A DNA stretch of 63,159 nt, the filler included, from Lenisia limosa (taxonomy: Eukaryota; Protista; Breviatea): NCBI GenBank assembly GCA_001655205.1. It is 13 parts of 13 records of this genome, joined end to end, with 100 filler letters (N's around TTAATTAATTAA, not from the genome) between each part and the next. Parts side by side here need not be neighbours in the genome. Positions count along the whole stretch, not along the records: positions 1 to 3,123 come from LPNZ01006611.1; positions 3,224 to 24,062 come from LPNZ01005502.1; 11 more parts are not named here. One strand, 5' to 3'. The notes below the pieces were generated by a model. That model had not been told where the DNA came from, made no database searches, and worked only from the letters and a program-made list of their open reading frames with translations. The position numbers and the translations under genes were made by a program. This document shows, in pieces, positions 1 to 13,000 of this stretch (positions within the stretch are counted from its first letter, which is position 1; each line of letters begins with the position of its first letter).

Positions 1-87
1 TTAAAAAATTATAAATAAAAGATTATTTTTTTGGTGGGGGTTAAAGGAATAGAAGAATGAGAGAAATAGGATGTTCGTGTGTATGTA

Positions 88-166
88 CAGTGTCCGGAAT
101 TAGTCTTGACCGTTTTGCTCTGTGATTTCCCTAAGGAAAATCTGACAAGACTTTTCTAGGTCACTG
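88..166. mobile_element. ~79-bp Tc1/mariner-type MITE (TA-flanked, CAGTG-starting TIR)
   Basis: ta|cagtgtccggaattagtcttgac ... gacaagacttttctaggtcactg|ta. Related copies at 658-731 and 28163-28239; solo left TIR at 26030-26052. Confidence 0.75.
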
Positions 167-208
167 TATGTATTATTAATATGGCATACTATGTACATTG
201 TATGTAGG

Positions 209-2170
209 TTCTTTGAGTCTGTAAAAGCCAAACTGTTTCGTTTGAAATACAGAGACGCGACATTTTTCTCAGGAACTTACAACGGATTCAGGAAGACGGT
301 GCGCTTTGGAACGGCTACGAGTATTCACTGGAAAGAGTTATCGACGATATCATCATGCTTTGGTTGGGGGGGAAAGGTAATCTGTTATTTTTTTTTGGGA
401 GTGCCCCCCCCCCCTCTGTTTTTTTATTATTATTCTGATTTTTTTCACTCTCCTAGTTTCCTAATCGGGAACGATTTTCTGCCGCATCTCCCGGGCCTGG
501 ACATTTTCAGCGGGGCCCTGGAGGAGGTCTTTAAGCTCTACAAGAAGCTTCTTCCTGAACTGGGAGGGTGTGTGGGGGGTGGAAGAGATGCAAGAGATGT
601 CTTGAGATAGTGGGGGGCGGCTAAAACCCCAGATACATATTTCTAAAAAAAAAAATACAGCGACCTGGATAAGTCATGACCGACTTTCCTTGGGAAATCA
701 CTTCGCAAATCGGTCAAGCCGATGGTTTCTGTAAATCCAAGATTCATTAAATGTTAACCCCCCCCCCCCCNNNNNNNNNNNNNNNNNNNNNNNNNNNNNN
801 NNNNNNNNNNNNNNNNNNNNNNNNNNNNNNNNNNGCCCTTTATCGCTGCTGTAGCGCATTTGGAGATGAAGTACTTTGAGGAGATTGACAACGTCAACCA
901 GGTGCGCGGAATTACTGTGATAAGTATGGCTTCACTTCGGTCCGAACAAGTCCAGTTAAATATTGATAATTTTCGAGGATCGTGATATTCTGTCAACCGT
1001 AATGAAGCCCTAATTGAAATTAGTCTTTTTTTTTGGGGGGGGGGGGTTAATTGCAGTGCAGAAACCTGTTAAAGTATTCAAAAGCTCAAATGGAAGTGTT
1101 TTTTCACAGAAGTGAGTAATAGTTTACCAAAACTCCATTTCAGATCGTTAATTCAGATTTTGCGAAATAATTATCCCAATTTAACGGAGCTTTTTTAAGT
1201 GATGTATCAATATGGGATCTGGGCCGAGGGCGGGTGATTGGAGTGCTTTACCCCTCATGTGTTCCTAAATACTAAACCAACCGAGAGGAGTTAATTATAG
1301 TTTTTTATTTAATGCACATCTGAAATGATATACTCTGTTTTCCCATCTTACCCCCCACTTGTTGTTGTTAACACTCGTATGTTGTCAGCCAACAGAGTTG
1401 ATTTTGGGCTTTTTTTGTTTCATAAATTTTCCAATTTCTAACCCCTCGGTAGTGGACAGTTAAAGGCGGAATTCCAATGGCCGCACCCCTGAGGATTGAA
1501 GTGGGGGAGATGGGGGAATGTGAGTGAATATATGATATGTAAGCATATCATATAATACATGGATATGATATATTGTATACATGGATAAATATATAATATA
1601 GCTATATACACTGTATATGTAATTTTATATCTATATATATCTCTCTGTATGTTGTGTGGGGTAAATCTTAATTATTTTTTGAAGGCTTCACCTTTATTTC
1701 AGATTTCTCTACTGTGAATTTCTCTCACCTTGTTAGGATGAAGGGCTTTGTTTGGATACAATTGAAGACGCTGTAGCCCAAGGAAATGAACCCGAAAAGG
1801 TGGGAGACGATCTATGGGTTCGTTCCAAAAGAAGATTGAATTTTCGATAAATGCCAGATAATTAGATATTTAACCGCTTTTTTTGGGATAGAAAGAAGTC
1901 CTAACTATCACCGGCAATAGTTAGGTTTTTGTTTGCATCTATCCCAGGGAGTGATGTGATATAGCAGGGGATGCTGTACTTCAGAAGCGACTAAACTGGG
2001 CTTCATTTGTTTTGTTGTTCTGAACCCTCGTGTGTTGCTAGCCAACAGAGTTGNNNNNNNNNNNNNNNNNNNNNNNNNNNNNNNNNNNNNNNNNNNNNNN
2101 NATGATGACTACATTGATAGGGACGAAGAGGCTTTCGGCGAGGCTGCAATGAGATTGGCTTTGGAAGTGT
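209..2170 (+). CDS. XRN1: 5'-3' exoribonuclease XRN1, internal multi-exon fragment
   Basis: Spliced exons give ...GYEYSLERVIDDIIMLC / FLIGNDFLPHLPGLDIFSGALEEVFKLYKKLLPELGG, the XRN catalytic motif (ERxIDD...F.GNDFLPHLP). LPELGG favours XRN1 over XRN2. Later exons such as FIAAVAHLEMKYFEEID are less certain. Confidence 0.88.
658..731. mobile_element. Diverged copy of the Tc1/mariner-type MITE
   Basis: ta|cagcgacctggataagtcatgaccg ... cggtcaagccgatggtttctg|ta, in an XRN1 intron. Confidence 0.6.
1360..1452 (+). repeat. Intron 3'-end repeat family, copy ending at an AG
   Basis: gttgtcagccaacagagttgattttgggctttttttgtttcataaattttccaatttctaacccctcggtag. Related copies at 1947-2053, 3063-3123, 26781-26898, 28848-28985, 30877-30960, 33864-33976(-), 35829-35941(-), 55700-55850(-), 57248-57311, 58813-58941, 59795-59886, 60828-61102. 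Confidence 0.85.
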
Positions 2171-2247
2171 AGGCAAGTGTATTTTTTAATTTGTATATGG
2201 CAGATAGATATCGTATATGTCAGCAAATATATATTTGAGGTTGTAAT

Positions 2248-2349
2248 TAGGGCTTCCCTACAGTCCGAAAAAGACCGTTAAAAAATATCGATATATATCG
2301 AGGATTTATCTAGAAATTCAGTCTTTTTTGGGACCGTAGGGAAGCCATG
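2248..2349. mobile_element. ~100-bp hAT-like MITE
   Basis: TIRs tagggcttccctacagtccgaaaaagac / gtcttttttgggaccgtagggaagccatg; flanks gttgtaat / gttttaat (7 of 8 match). Confidence 0.8.
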
Positions 2350-2654
2350 GTTTTAATAGATTGGCTATGGAAATGTAGGCATGTTGTTCTATGGTATGTA
2401 GAACTGAGAAATAACAAGGTTGTTGTATCTAGCCGAAGCCGTCTATACTGCCACGCTTATTATCTTAATAATCATTTGCCCTGTGCACACCAGCTTTTGC
2501 GTACCTCCCCAGTAAAAATTCTGTTCTTAGAGGGATTAGTTTGAACACTTTAATAGTACACATTCTGTATGAATATAGAAAGTGGTCATTGTCAATAGTC
2601 CCCTCCCCCCTCCTCCTCATCATTTCGTTTTATTTTTCATTGAGATATTGTATT

Positions 2655-2795
2655 CTGGGGAGGCGGGCAGACATCTGTGTGCACAGAGTTGTAAGGCAAA
2701 TGATTGGGTAAATTGTTATACTGTAATTCTCATAAGCGTGATGGTGTGGGCGGCTTCGGCCAGATACAGCCTTGTTTTTTTGTTTTTCCTTGTGA
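2655..2795 (+). repeat. Dispersed non-TIR repeat (core ataagcgtgatggtgtggacggcttcggccatatacaaccttg)
   Basis: Related copies at 2415-2460(-), 24888-25040(+), 33238-33280(+), 35985-36055(+), 55308-55430(-), 61762-61812(+). Confidence 0.75.
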
Positions 2796-3123
2796 TATTA
2801 ATTAACAAAGAATACACATTCTGTAAGAAAGTTATTATAAAAAGTGGTCCTTATCAACAAATAAGGAATACAAACTCTCTTTTGAAGTATTTCAAGTTTT
2901 CATTGTCAACTAATAGTTCACATTCTGTATATATACAGAAAGTGTCCATTATCACATCATTTAGTGGAACCGGAACGTCGGAGCTCGAAAAACTGGCTCG
3001 GAGAACCACCAGAATGCGAGTGGGAGGGGGTGTTGCAACATTTCTGACATTTCCTTCGTTTCTTTGGGATGCCAAGGTGCTGTAGAAGCGACTGACCTGG
3101 GCTTTGTTTGTTTTGTTGTTAGT

Positions 3124-3223
3124 NNNNNNNNNNNNNNNNNNNNNNNNNNNNNNNNNNNNNNNNNNNNTTAATTAATTAANNNNNNNNNNNNNNNNNNNNN
3201 NNNNNNNNNNNNNNNNNNNNNNN
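3124..3223. other. Artificial scaffold-joining spacer (44 N + TTAATTAATTAA + 44 N); first of 12
   Basis: Identical 100-nt layout also at 24063-24162, 31209-31308, 34056-34155, 38174-38273, 40004-40103, 50158-50257, 53331-53430, 54757-54856, 56245-56344, 59086-59185, 61971-62070. TTAATTAATTAA gives stops in all six frames, a known pseudomolecule linker design. Confidence 0.97.
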
Positions 3224-3299
3224 TATGTCCCTCGAGGAGATCAATGCTGGATGGACAGAGCGCGGACCAGACCAGACTGCAGAAAAGAATCCCTACAGG
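3224..3299 (+). CDS. Isolated probable exon of an unidentified gene at a scaffold start
   Basis: Open reading MSLEEINAGWTERGPDQTAEKNPYR followed by a GT donor (acag|gtacga); no family recognised. Confidence 0.3.
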
Positions 3300-3499
3300 T
3301 ACGAACAATATGGTGTCAAGCATACTGTGACTATTCTAAACCATATTGATGCTGAGCAAACAAGTAGTAATGGTATCAAAAAAAGGGAGGTTGGCTGGGC
3401 AAACACAAAGCACAAAACAAAACAAACAGACAGAAAACATTGAAATCGAAACAACAACACAAAAAACAAAACAAAGGGGCACAAGTCAAAGGTTACTTT

Positions 3500-5550
3500 T
3501 AAAAATATTAAGCTGAGGGGAAAAATAGCACTTGGGCTTTGAAAAAGCACCCCCAGTGAATCTTTGAACCAAGACATTGGCGCATCAGCCGGCATCAACG
3601 TTTTATGAATGTTAGTCAGATATCTGGTCTTCTCATTTGTTGTAAAATACAGAATTAAGCTTACCAATAATACTCTGAAAATACTGAGGCATATATCAAT
3701 GTATCGCTCAATAAGGCAGCCGGAATTGTTAGGCTCAATGCAACAGTACCTGTGTCACACGTAAGAGAAACGTCAAGGTCAATGTCAAAGTTACTCTTCT
3801 ACAACCCCCACTCCCCCCTGAACCTATTAAAGGCGATGTCAGTAGCACTGCAAGAATCCAGAGGCAGTCACTGAGAACTGTTCCAATCAGAGCATTCAGT
3901 GCCAAAACAAGGGCAACCTCGCAACCTATATGTATGAAGAGCGAAAAAGAAAACTCCCCAATTCAAATTGGCTATATCCACTCACCAGGCCAAACAACTG
4001 TTTCGACTTGAGAGCAGTGCGCAAAGATGACAAAGGGACTGACAATAAGAAGATTGATGACGCCCACAATGCCCAAGAACAGTGGCATGGAGACCTTCTT
4101 GTCCACTCCTACCCTGTACTACAAACAATAATCTTAACACCCGCAACAGTTCAGACGTATCGGGGTAACGGGAAAATGCGAATTCACTCAGCAAACCTCA
4201 AGGATCGTTGCATATGCAGCGTATAGAATTGCACTGAGTAATGCAAGGACATCTCCAGTAACTGTAGAGTTGCCACTATCATTTTTGTCCGAGTTAGCTA
4301 CAAGTGCAGCACCACCCAAGCTGAACAATTAACAGTTTAACCCCATTTCTTCCAAAATGACTGACAGGCAAAAGTAACAATTACCCCCTCTCACGAAAAT
4401 GCAACAGCAAAAAATTTGTTAAGTGTGGCTTTCTCCCTTCCTGAAATTGCCCCTATCACTAACGTCCAAAGGCCTGAGGTTGTACTGGGGAATCATATTC
4501 ATGTTGAAGAAATCATTATCTCTGAGTAATACGAAAAAAAATACAGTATAATACTACAAGAAAGGAACAATAGGAACAAATAGCAACCCCTCACCTGAGA
4601 ACAGTATTGCTTGCAACAGATGTATAAGCCAAGGATATATTGAAGAGGAGGTTTGCAAGGAAGAAGGAAGGCCAAAAGTACAATGCATTCAGCAGGTGCT
4701 ACAAAAATAAGACGTTACTGTAAGGAATGTGTTTATAATACTTTAAAGTTCTTTTTTATAACTTTCTCACAGCAGAGCAAGTTTACCTCTTTCAAAGAAC
4801 TCATTGCGATCTCCTGAAAAGTAAATTCCTTGGTTTAATAATACGGGACAGATAACCGGCAGCAATACATACCTGTGGTTTTTCCTGGCAGGCACCTTGC
4901 TCGACACCTTTCTCAGAATTGAGCAAAAGGGATTGTGTTTCCATATTTTTGTCTCTTCGAATGTAAGTTCAGTTCATAAAGCACCTATCTTGTTTCCAGG
5001 CAATCAGATCATAAGCGCTTTCACCACATACCTCCATAGAGACTGCCATTCTTTGGACCATAAAAACCTCAGTAAGTAGACCGAAAAAAAAGACACGTTG
5101 AAAAATGTCAAGAAGAGTGGCTTGTCAAAATCAGTCTCGACAAGAATGTACCTTAAAATAGGTGAAATAAAAAGAGAAAATTAAATAACTTAATATGAAG
5201 CGCAGATTATCATAACAAGATTGGCAGGTATCTTCCACGAAAGTTGGAGTTTTGTATTTCTGCAATCGAAAGGTTAGTATTATATGTACGAAGGATGTCT
5301 GATTGGCAAACAAAATCAAAACTGACTCAATTTAGGCGATATATATAATATATATTATAATATCATATTATATATACACTATATATAAAAATATAACTAC
5401 ATAATAATTATTCGAAATATAATACTTTAAAGCAATAAATTGCCTTGCCTCTCACTTAATTGCATTGGAAGACCCCACCCAAATGGTAACTACCAAGAGC
5501 AACAGAACAATCCCTATTGAAGTAAAACCAGAAATGTGAATCACAATCTT
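3500..5550 (-). CDS. SLC35F5: SLC35F5/Thi74-like EamA (DMT superfamily) transporter, multi-exon
   Basis: Exons: IGIVLLLLVVTIWVGSSNAIK / YILVETDFDKPLFLTFFN / LYFWPSFFLANLLFNISLAYTSVASNTVLS / TTSGLWTLVIG / GDVLALLSAILYAAY / LFLGIVGVINLL / LNALIGTVLSDCLW / GTVALSLTIP, colinear with SLC35F5. Both ends approximate. Confidence 0.85.
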
Positions 5551-6086
5551 GAAGTCCCTGAATAAAACTGCTAGAAATAATCTTATACTGCTTTCAAAAT
5601 CTAGAAACTTGAGATTTTTCCAAATTAGATTCCAGATGCCAAATCGCAATATACCAATATACCAACGCAGCAATGCCACCCACCCTCTCTCTTCCCATAT
5701 CCAAATAATATATCATTTATTGTGTATAACTCTCCATGATTCTGATCCAGCTATTTCTCTATTGAGAGGATTCACTAAACATACCAAGGGAGAAAGACTT
5801 CATTATTGATAGGGACGATAGGCCTTCTAATTACCTCATCAAGAGAGAGGACAGATGCCGAAATCTGGAGAATAACTAATCACTAGATATAAATTCAGAC
5901 GCAGAGGCAGACAGGAATAGAGATGTGCGGGTGCTGGGTGTATATCCATTATCCTGTGAATATCTTTTAGACCTACACAAGCAAAGAGTCGATGCAGGCA
6001 CCCCCCCCCCACAACTGTAATACGCGCTCAGCTGCTCTTTTTCTGCTTTCTTTATTATGTATTAACGTGTCGATACGTTTTATTAA

Positions 6087-9000
6087 ATGTTTGAAACAAT
6101 GAAGCAATTCAGACAGCTTTTAGGTATAAACACTGGTACAGTTGACTGTCCTCCGTTTACTAGCCGGTTCAGCCCAGCTAGCCAGCTTTACGCATTACAG
6201 GGTTACGGGGTTGTTGTTTCATGGTTGTTTGTTAGTGGTCGGTTGTTGTTTGTTGTTGGCGCACGCGCTCGCTACCCCTCCTCACGTTGCCGCGCATCCC
6301 TCTGAGCTGAACAGAGGCTACCTTGGCGCGAGCGAACGACAAAGGTAGTAAGACCTGGACGGCTCAGAGCTGTGCATCATTTGACCAGAGTAGGATGATT
6401 GGGAATGGGCATGATCATGATCATGATTGCATACATGACCTTATCATCATATTTGTTTCTCTGCAAGTACAAGGGCCCATTTTTTAAAAAAATTCACCAG
6501 ATGAATGTTCTGACACCTTCTTGTCACGTACCTGAAATATCATGGATACCCCTTTCCCATGAACAAAGGTTTGCCCGCAACTTTGAATCCTGGGGAATTG
6601 CAACAGACGCTGTCCATGACATTTTAGGGCGATCATTAACTTAGTTCGGCAAGGCAATTCAGTGTTCTTTACGGGGCCTGGGGGAACTGGTGAGCTGATG
6701 GAGTGTAAGGTTAAACGTTGAGATAATTCTGTGTTACACTGACACCTAAGGTAAAACCGTCCTTCTTCGAGAGATTATCAGAGCTGCCAATCCAATCTGC
6801 ACTAATGTAACTGCTATGACAGGTATGAGTGGATTTTATGATACCAAGGTACAAAGTTTCTAATGTCATACAACTTATTATTTCGTGGATTGGACCCAAT
6901 TTATTCTCACAGGTATCGCCGCGAAGGCAATTGGTGGGACAACACTGCATTCCTTCCTTGGCCAATCTGCTGTTAGCGGTGATGAAAATATCAACAATGG
7001 TATATCTGCAATATAGTATTATATAATACATTTAATACATACATCAGCAAGGTTATTTCGATGTAGGTGGATTGTTCAGTGGCCGAAGCCATTTTTGCAG
7101 CAAAGTTCAACAAAAAACTTGAGGAGTATGCACAGCATTGGAAACCCATGTTTCACTTTTCTGACCAATATTTCTCACAATTTCAGTATGAAGTCATGTG
7201 AAGTCTTAATTATTGATGAAGTATCAATGCTAAGCTACAAAATGTTGAGCATTCTGGATGCCTTACTTAGAAAAGCTCGAGTGGGTTTGGTTTTTCCTTT
7301 TAATTACTCTTTTTGATGATGATTGCAGCTTCCAATATGCTCTACTGTCCAAGAAAAGAAGGGTTTATGTAATTTTAGTTTTTGAAGAGAAGTGTTCCAT
7401 TTGGCGGAGTTCAGCTCATTCTTGCAGGAGATTTCTTTCAAGTTGGTTTTCTGTGAAATCTTTTTAACGAACAACATTATTATCCTTTTTTATCTTCACA
7501 AGATTTTTGGGGAATACTAACACACCCCTTTCAGCTCCCCCCAGTTACAAAGGATGATGAAAAACTGCAATATGCGTTCGAACACCCCTTGTGGCAGTCC
7601 TATATAAAACATAAAACCACGTTAACACGAGTGTTTCGACAATCTGAAGTGAGTTTGGACTTTGAACCTGTTCTGCTGAAGTCGAATGTCTTTTGAGCTA
7701 AATACTTATAAATGTTACGGCTCGTGGGGTCAAATGTTCTTTCCTACTTATTGCTTTAGCCTGATTTATGCCATCATCTCAACCTTGTCAGAGAGGGATA
7801 TGTCCCTAAAGAGACAAAGAAATTTTTCCAAAGTAAGTGTAATTTACAACTATATAACTCAATCTTATCATGATACTCAGTAATTCACATTGCCAGGTTT
7901 AAAACTTGGCAAAGACAAAGAGGCCTCAGCTTTACGTATTTTCCCTACGAACAAAGAATGCGATGATTACAATGCCGGAAAATTAAATAAATTAGAAGGA
8001 AAGGTGGGTGATTGATGATGGGTCATTTCCTTCTTACATATATCCTCCTCTATATGATGAATGGTTAGCTTTCGTTCTGAAAAGTGATATCTAAGAATTA
8101 GTTAACAATTTCAGGTGTATTCATACTACGCGAAAGACAAAGGTGATTTGAAGTGGCATGAAGTTAACAAGTAGAGGGAGACATTTCTGATCTCATGAAA
8201 GTGGTTTGTATGTCATGACGTTTTAGGCTCATGTTAGTTCAAAGCTGTGTTCGATTAAAAACTGGATCCCAAGTGATGCTTCTGGCAAATCATGATCTTG
8301 AGAAAGGACTGGTCAACGGGTCATGTGGACGCGTCAAAGATTTCACATCGAAAGGCTTCCCCATCGTCTTATTTGGTATGGATAGGTACTACAATATTAC
8401 TGAGGGATGGATTCACTAATTGACCTTTCAGATACCCATGAATTAATTGTCAAGAAAAAAGTGTTTCAAGAAAAAGATTCGGAAGGAGGAGTTATTTGTG
8501 AAAGATTGCAACTACCGCTTAAGCTTGCATGTAAGCTGATGGGATCATTTTCACCACTTATTCTTTTAGGGGGAATTACGGTCCATAAATCCCAAGGCAT
8601 GTCCCTTGATAAGGCTCACATTGATCTCAACAAATCATTTGCCCCAGGCCAAGTGTAAATGGGATTCAATCAATGACTAGTTACCAGATGAATACTTGTT
8701 CCTCATTCCATTTAAGCAGGGTGCCAACCCAAAAACTTGTTAGGATAAACCACAAAGCCAAAAATCGAGCGTAACCCGCGTGATATTTATTTACTGTTAT
8801 AAAAGCAGTTGTTTTTTGAAACAAGAGAGCAAATGTTGTGTTTTCATACTTACCAAAACTTTAGTAAAAAGTAATGACGTAACCAAAACTTTTTTTCGGA
8901 TATCTGTGACACTTTTCTGGATTGACACCCTGGTTTACGTTATCCTCACTTTGTCTTTGTAGATATGTAGCACTCAGTCGTGTACGCTCGAAGGCTGGCT

Positions 9001-9250
9001 TGACTATCGAAGGATTCTCTGAAGGAAAAGTCCTAGTTGAGAACAGAGGTAAATTATACGGAATATTCTGATCCATTGTTAGTAATCTTCAGGTCTGTAA
9101 TATTCTAAAACCTTCAGTACTTGAGTTTTCGAAGACATTGGTTCCCGTAGCAGAAGAAACCGATGCTGTTTCCCCAAGCTCTCCATGGCCAATTGTTAAA
9201 CTAAGTATCAGTCCTGAGCTACCTACGAGTGACTTTCTAGGACTTAGGTG
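6087..9250 (+). CDS. PIF1: PIF1-family 5'-3' DNA helicase, multi-exon
   Basis: VFFTGPGGTG/KTVLL (Walker A split by an intron), GIAAKAIGGTTLHSF, LIIDEVSML, PFGGVQLILAGDFFQL, LKTGSQVMLLANHDLEKGLVNGS, QLPLKLAWGITVHKSQGMSLD, YVALSRV. Termini approximate. Confidence 0.93.
8717..8932 (+). mobile_element. ~216-bp TIR element (hAT-like end) in a PIF1 intron
   Basis: TIRs cagggtgccaacc / gattgacaccctg. Internal motifs (ggataaaccacaaa, aagagagcaaatgttgtg) shared with 31553-31787(-) and 57717-57900(+). No clean TSD. Confidence 0.7.
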
Positions 9251-9344
9251 AGGAAGGTTCAATCACAATCATAGTTTTTGGAATCTTACACTTTTTTTTG
9301 AACAGTGGCGCTTAACGTTTCCCAGAAAAGTCGAGAGAAAGACC

Positions 9345-10098
9345 ATGTCAGATCAAGCACTCAAAGAAATTGTTGACTTTGTGAGTGAGTTTTTTTTACA
9401 TTTCTGATTTTTCTTTCTCATGTTGTTCCTCTCTCTTCCCAATGCTTTTTCATCCACAAGAGATGTGCATCAGCGTCAGACTCTGATGATGACACAATCC
9501 AACGACCAACACCCGTATTTTCTGCACCCATTGGTTCAGTATCAAGGAGTAGTTCCAAAGCAAAAATGAGGATTCAACTCGACAGGAATCTCAACAGTAG
9601 TCAGAGCTTCTGTGTATTTCAAAAATCAGTTTTCAGCTTTGGAGTAAGTAACCTTTTAGTTCAGACTAAGTCACGTCTTTCAGCTAAACAGAAGGAAAAT
9701 AATCTTAAGCAGGTTCAAGGAGAAGGTTTATAGTATTTCTTATTCCTTGAATTGTATTGCCTTAACACCTTCAGGCTTTGGTCAAGGAACTTCAGCAGCA
9801 CAACGAGGCTACAAACCATAAACTTGGAAGGTTTTGTGCAAATGTTGTTACAAGAAAAAAAGTTGAAAAGGTGGGTGGGTGCACAGATATTTTATTCAAT
9901 AGAAAGTTATTCCAAAGCCCAAACCACTTCCTAGTACCTGCATTCTCTCAGAATCAGAAACTGAGTAAGCAAATTGATATTTCATTGCATTATTCAATCA
10001 CAGAATTGCTGATATTTAACAATTTAGTTCTGACAGTGGTGAAGACCCAATTGAAGTAATCAAAAGATTGCAAGAAAGGGCAGCGTTGCTGAAGTGAT
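9345..10098 (+). CDS. Hypothetical multi-exon protein (or unresolved PIF1 C-terminal extension)
   Basis: GT-AG bounded pieces MSDQALKEIVDF / ...KQKENNLKQVQGE / ALVKELQQHNEATNHKLG / SDSGEDPIEVIKRLQERAALLK*. Confidence 0.45.
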
Positions 10099-10099
10099 T

Positions 10100-13000
10100 G
10101 GTTGTTTTGATTTCAAGGTATTGTTTAAGCGGTTGTGATGCTTTAATGAATTTGGGAAAAAAAGAGTTGCAATCAGGGTGGAATCACTGAAACAAGGATC
10201 AGATTGCAATTCGTGGGAAAGTCTGACTATATACATGTATATGCATGAAAAAGAAACAGAAACGTGGCAAAAGGTAACAAGCTCACTTCAGAGCAATTAT
10301 GATGGAGTTGACTCTCTCAGTGAACTCCTTACCAAAACTACGAACCTAAATGGTGATGCTGTACATATGTTTTCGCTAGCCTACAAGAAGAATGGCCTCC
10401 AATTCTCGAGTAAGATCAGGCATATCCGTCACCAGACCCTGGATGTCAAAAGAACAAAGGGATCTGTACACAATGTTTTACAATGTATTGTTAGCTTACC
10501 GGTTTTGAGACGAGTCGATCTAGACATAGGATGATAGACTTGGCAACATCAGTCTGCTTGGCTTTCAGACTTGTGTTGGCAGCGTCGAGAAGGGTGAGCA
10601 TGTCCTCGTCCTTAACAGGGATTAGTAAAAGAACAATTAGCCAGAGTGAGTGCATTGTAGAAGCAGAGAGAATCTTACCTTTGCAAGATTGGCGATGGCC
10701 GTCCAGGCAGCTGTTGCTTTCAAAATTTCCGTTGACGATTTTTTCTCGAATTCTATGTCGTCAAAAGACGAAAACATCATCAGATTTAACAACCTTTGAG
10801 CTTCTCTGCATCTTCGTCTTTGTAATTACTTCGCTCAATCTAAAATATTGAAAAAGTTCCTTTTTTACTCCTTACCTCAGGAGGACAGAACACCAGGGAT
10901 TTCAGGATTTTGGCTTTAAACTGTTTTACTAAAAGGTGAATGAAAAAAATAAATAAATAAAAAGTGACTTTTGCATCCATTCCGTCAAGAGAAAGTGAGA
11001 TAAAGAAAACCTCTCACCACAGTTCAGAATTGGGGCTACCTGCTCCTCTTGTCTACTTGAGCCATCTGAATAATAACAAATTGAACGAAACACAAATAAT
11101 AAATGGATGAGTGGGGTTTCTCAAAAGAATGGCAACGGGAAGTAAACTGCTTCTCCTCACATGTATCTGCTGCTATGCCTATAGCATTCATTCTCTCAAC
11201 AACACTCCACTCGTCTTTGGGGTCAACACAAAGTACTTCAGCTGCATTATCGGTCACGGTCTACATAATGTAACAAGAAAATAGTTTGATTGGATGTAAT
11301 AAATGAATGGCGGGTGTTAAGCAAAATAAGAATCAAACCTTCTTAAGAAGAAGCTTAGGGGAAGAAAACGAAAGTCTATAGGCAGAGGCTAAGGCACTGT
11401 AGAACTTCCCTGAGTTTTTCCACCCATCAGTTGGGTCAATTACGTCAGTTAAGCTGACAATTAAGTTGTTGAGAGCGTTTGTAGAGTCAGAATTGAGAGA
11501 GGAGAGAGGTGCCTACGGGGTTAATATGAACGGGTGCAATGGTGTGACTTTCATATAACAGCTTTCACCTCAATTGATGGCTCTTCAGAGAAGTTGAACG
11601 GTTTTGGGAGGAATGTGTCCAAAAGGGAACAAATAGAAACCACAGCACTGGATTGGAGCTTTCTTGGGTGATCAGGACTAGAATAGGTTATTGAATGACT
11701 CGCTGCAAAAAGATATCGTAGTCTGTGATTTATAATGGAATTAAACACCCAATAAAGAAGGGGCACTTCTCCAACCCACCTTAAGTAGCTGACGAGAGCC
11801 TTGGAAACCTCAGGGAAATAGAGGCCCAGACCAGCTCGTTGACTGGGAAGGAGGAAATTCACAACCTCTTTCTGGAGAGAAAGTAAAGACAAAAACTAAT
11901 CCTTCTGTGTATATAATATTATATATCTAGTGGTAGATAGATATATATGATATATTCAATACCATAATATAAATCATCATTCCAACCCACCCGCTGTTTT
12001 AGCCACCGATACCCGGCCAACCATGGGCTCTGCTACCTCCTGCTGATTGTCGCCTGATCCTAACCAGGCAACCGGGAGAATGTCTGCAATAAAAATACGA
12101 GCAACAGTCTCAGCGTATTTTGTAAGCTATACGGGGGGGGGNNNNNNNNNNNNNNNNNNNNNNNNNNNNNNNNNNNNNNNNNNNNNNNGTGGCTCTTTAA
12201 AAAAACGTCCTGAGTTACAAAAATAAACCTTTTATTGTTTCATTTTTTTCATAAAAATACCAGCAGTTGTAATACAATACCTTATCCCACCTCTCTGAGG
12301 GTCATTGCAGCAGCGTATCTCTGGGCATCTTTTTCAGCACCACACAATTCAGTCAAATCTTTAATAAGGTGGCCCATTGCTTTTGGCTGAAGGGTTACCG
12401 TGATTTTCAAGTACTCCATAAGTCCACCTACTCCAGCATGTCGACTGACAGTACCAATACTTCTTGCTGCTGAAGCCTGCACGCCAGGGGAGCTATCTTT
12501 TAGGCCAAATCGAAGAGCCTTCAAGACCGGGGTTGCAAATCTGATATAATCAATCCAACACCACAGGACTGACATAGATATTCTCAAGGTCTAAAATTAT
12601 GTCGTTAATTCGAATTAATGTCATTAATTATTTACGGTCGCCAAATCAGCTCTATTCCCCTTCAAAACAGTAATAAATTTCTGAGAATACACACTATTTG
12701 TTTATGAAGGGAAACAAAGAAAAAAAAATAATCATAAAAAAATAACGTTTCAAAAATTTTCATTTTTTTTGCGAGGTCAGCAAACTTTATCGCGAAAATT
12801 CAATTTTTCAGTTTATGCTCGCATTTTTCTCAATATGTCCTTTTTTACGAGTTAAATTGTTGTGAAGTTGACCGTAGCATGAAAAAGAGACAGTCACAGA
12901 AAATTGAATTAACATAGTTTAGGACCTCGAGCATAAATATGCATAGTGCCAGGATAAAGGTGAAAATGCTCCTCCTTACGATTTTTTAAAGGTTTCTACC

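Noticed and set aside
763-770. Poly-C/poly-G runs beside gaps as a special element
   Set aside because: Best explained by sequencing or assembly failure at homopolymers; no independent support for function.
3168-3179. TTAATTAATTAA as a biological repeat or regulatory site
   Set aside because: Always centred in exactly 44+44 Ns, so it is an assembly linker. It also creates the false ...LIN ORF ends.
6087-9250. Helitron-derived PIF1
   Set aside because: Many spliceosomal introns, no HUH Rep domain seen, and ordinary gene neighbours.
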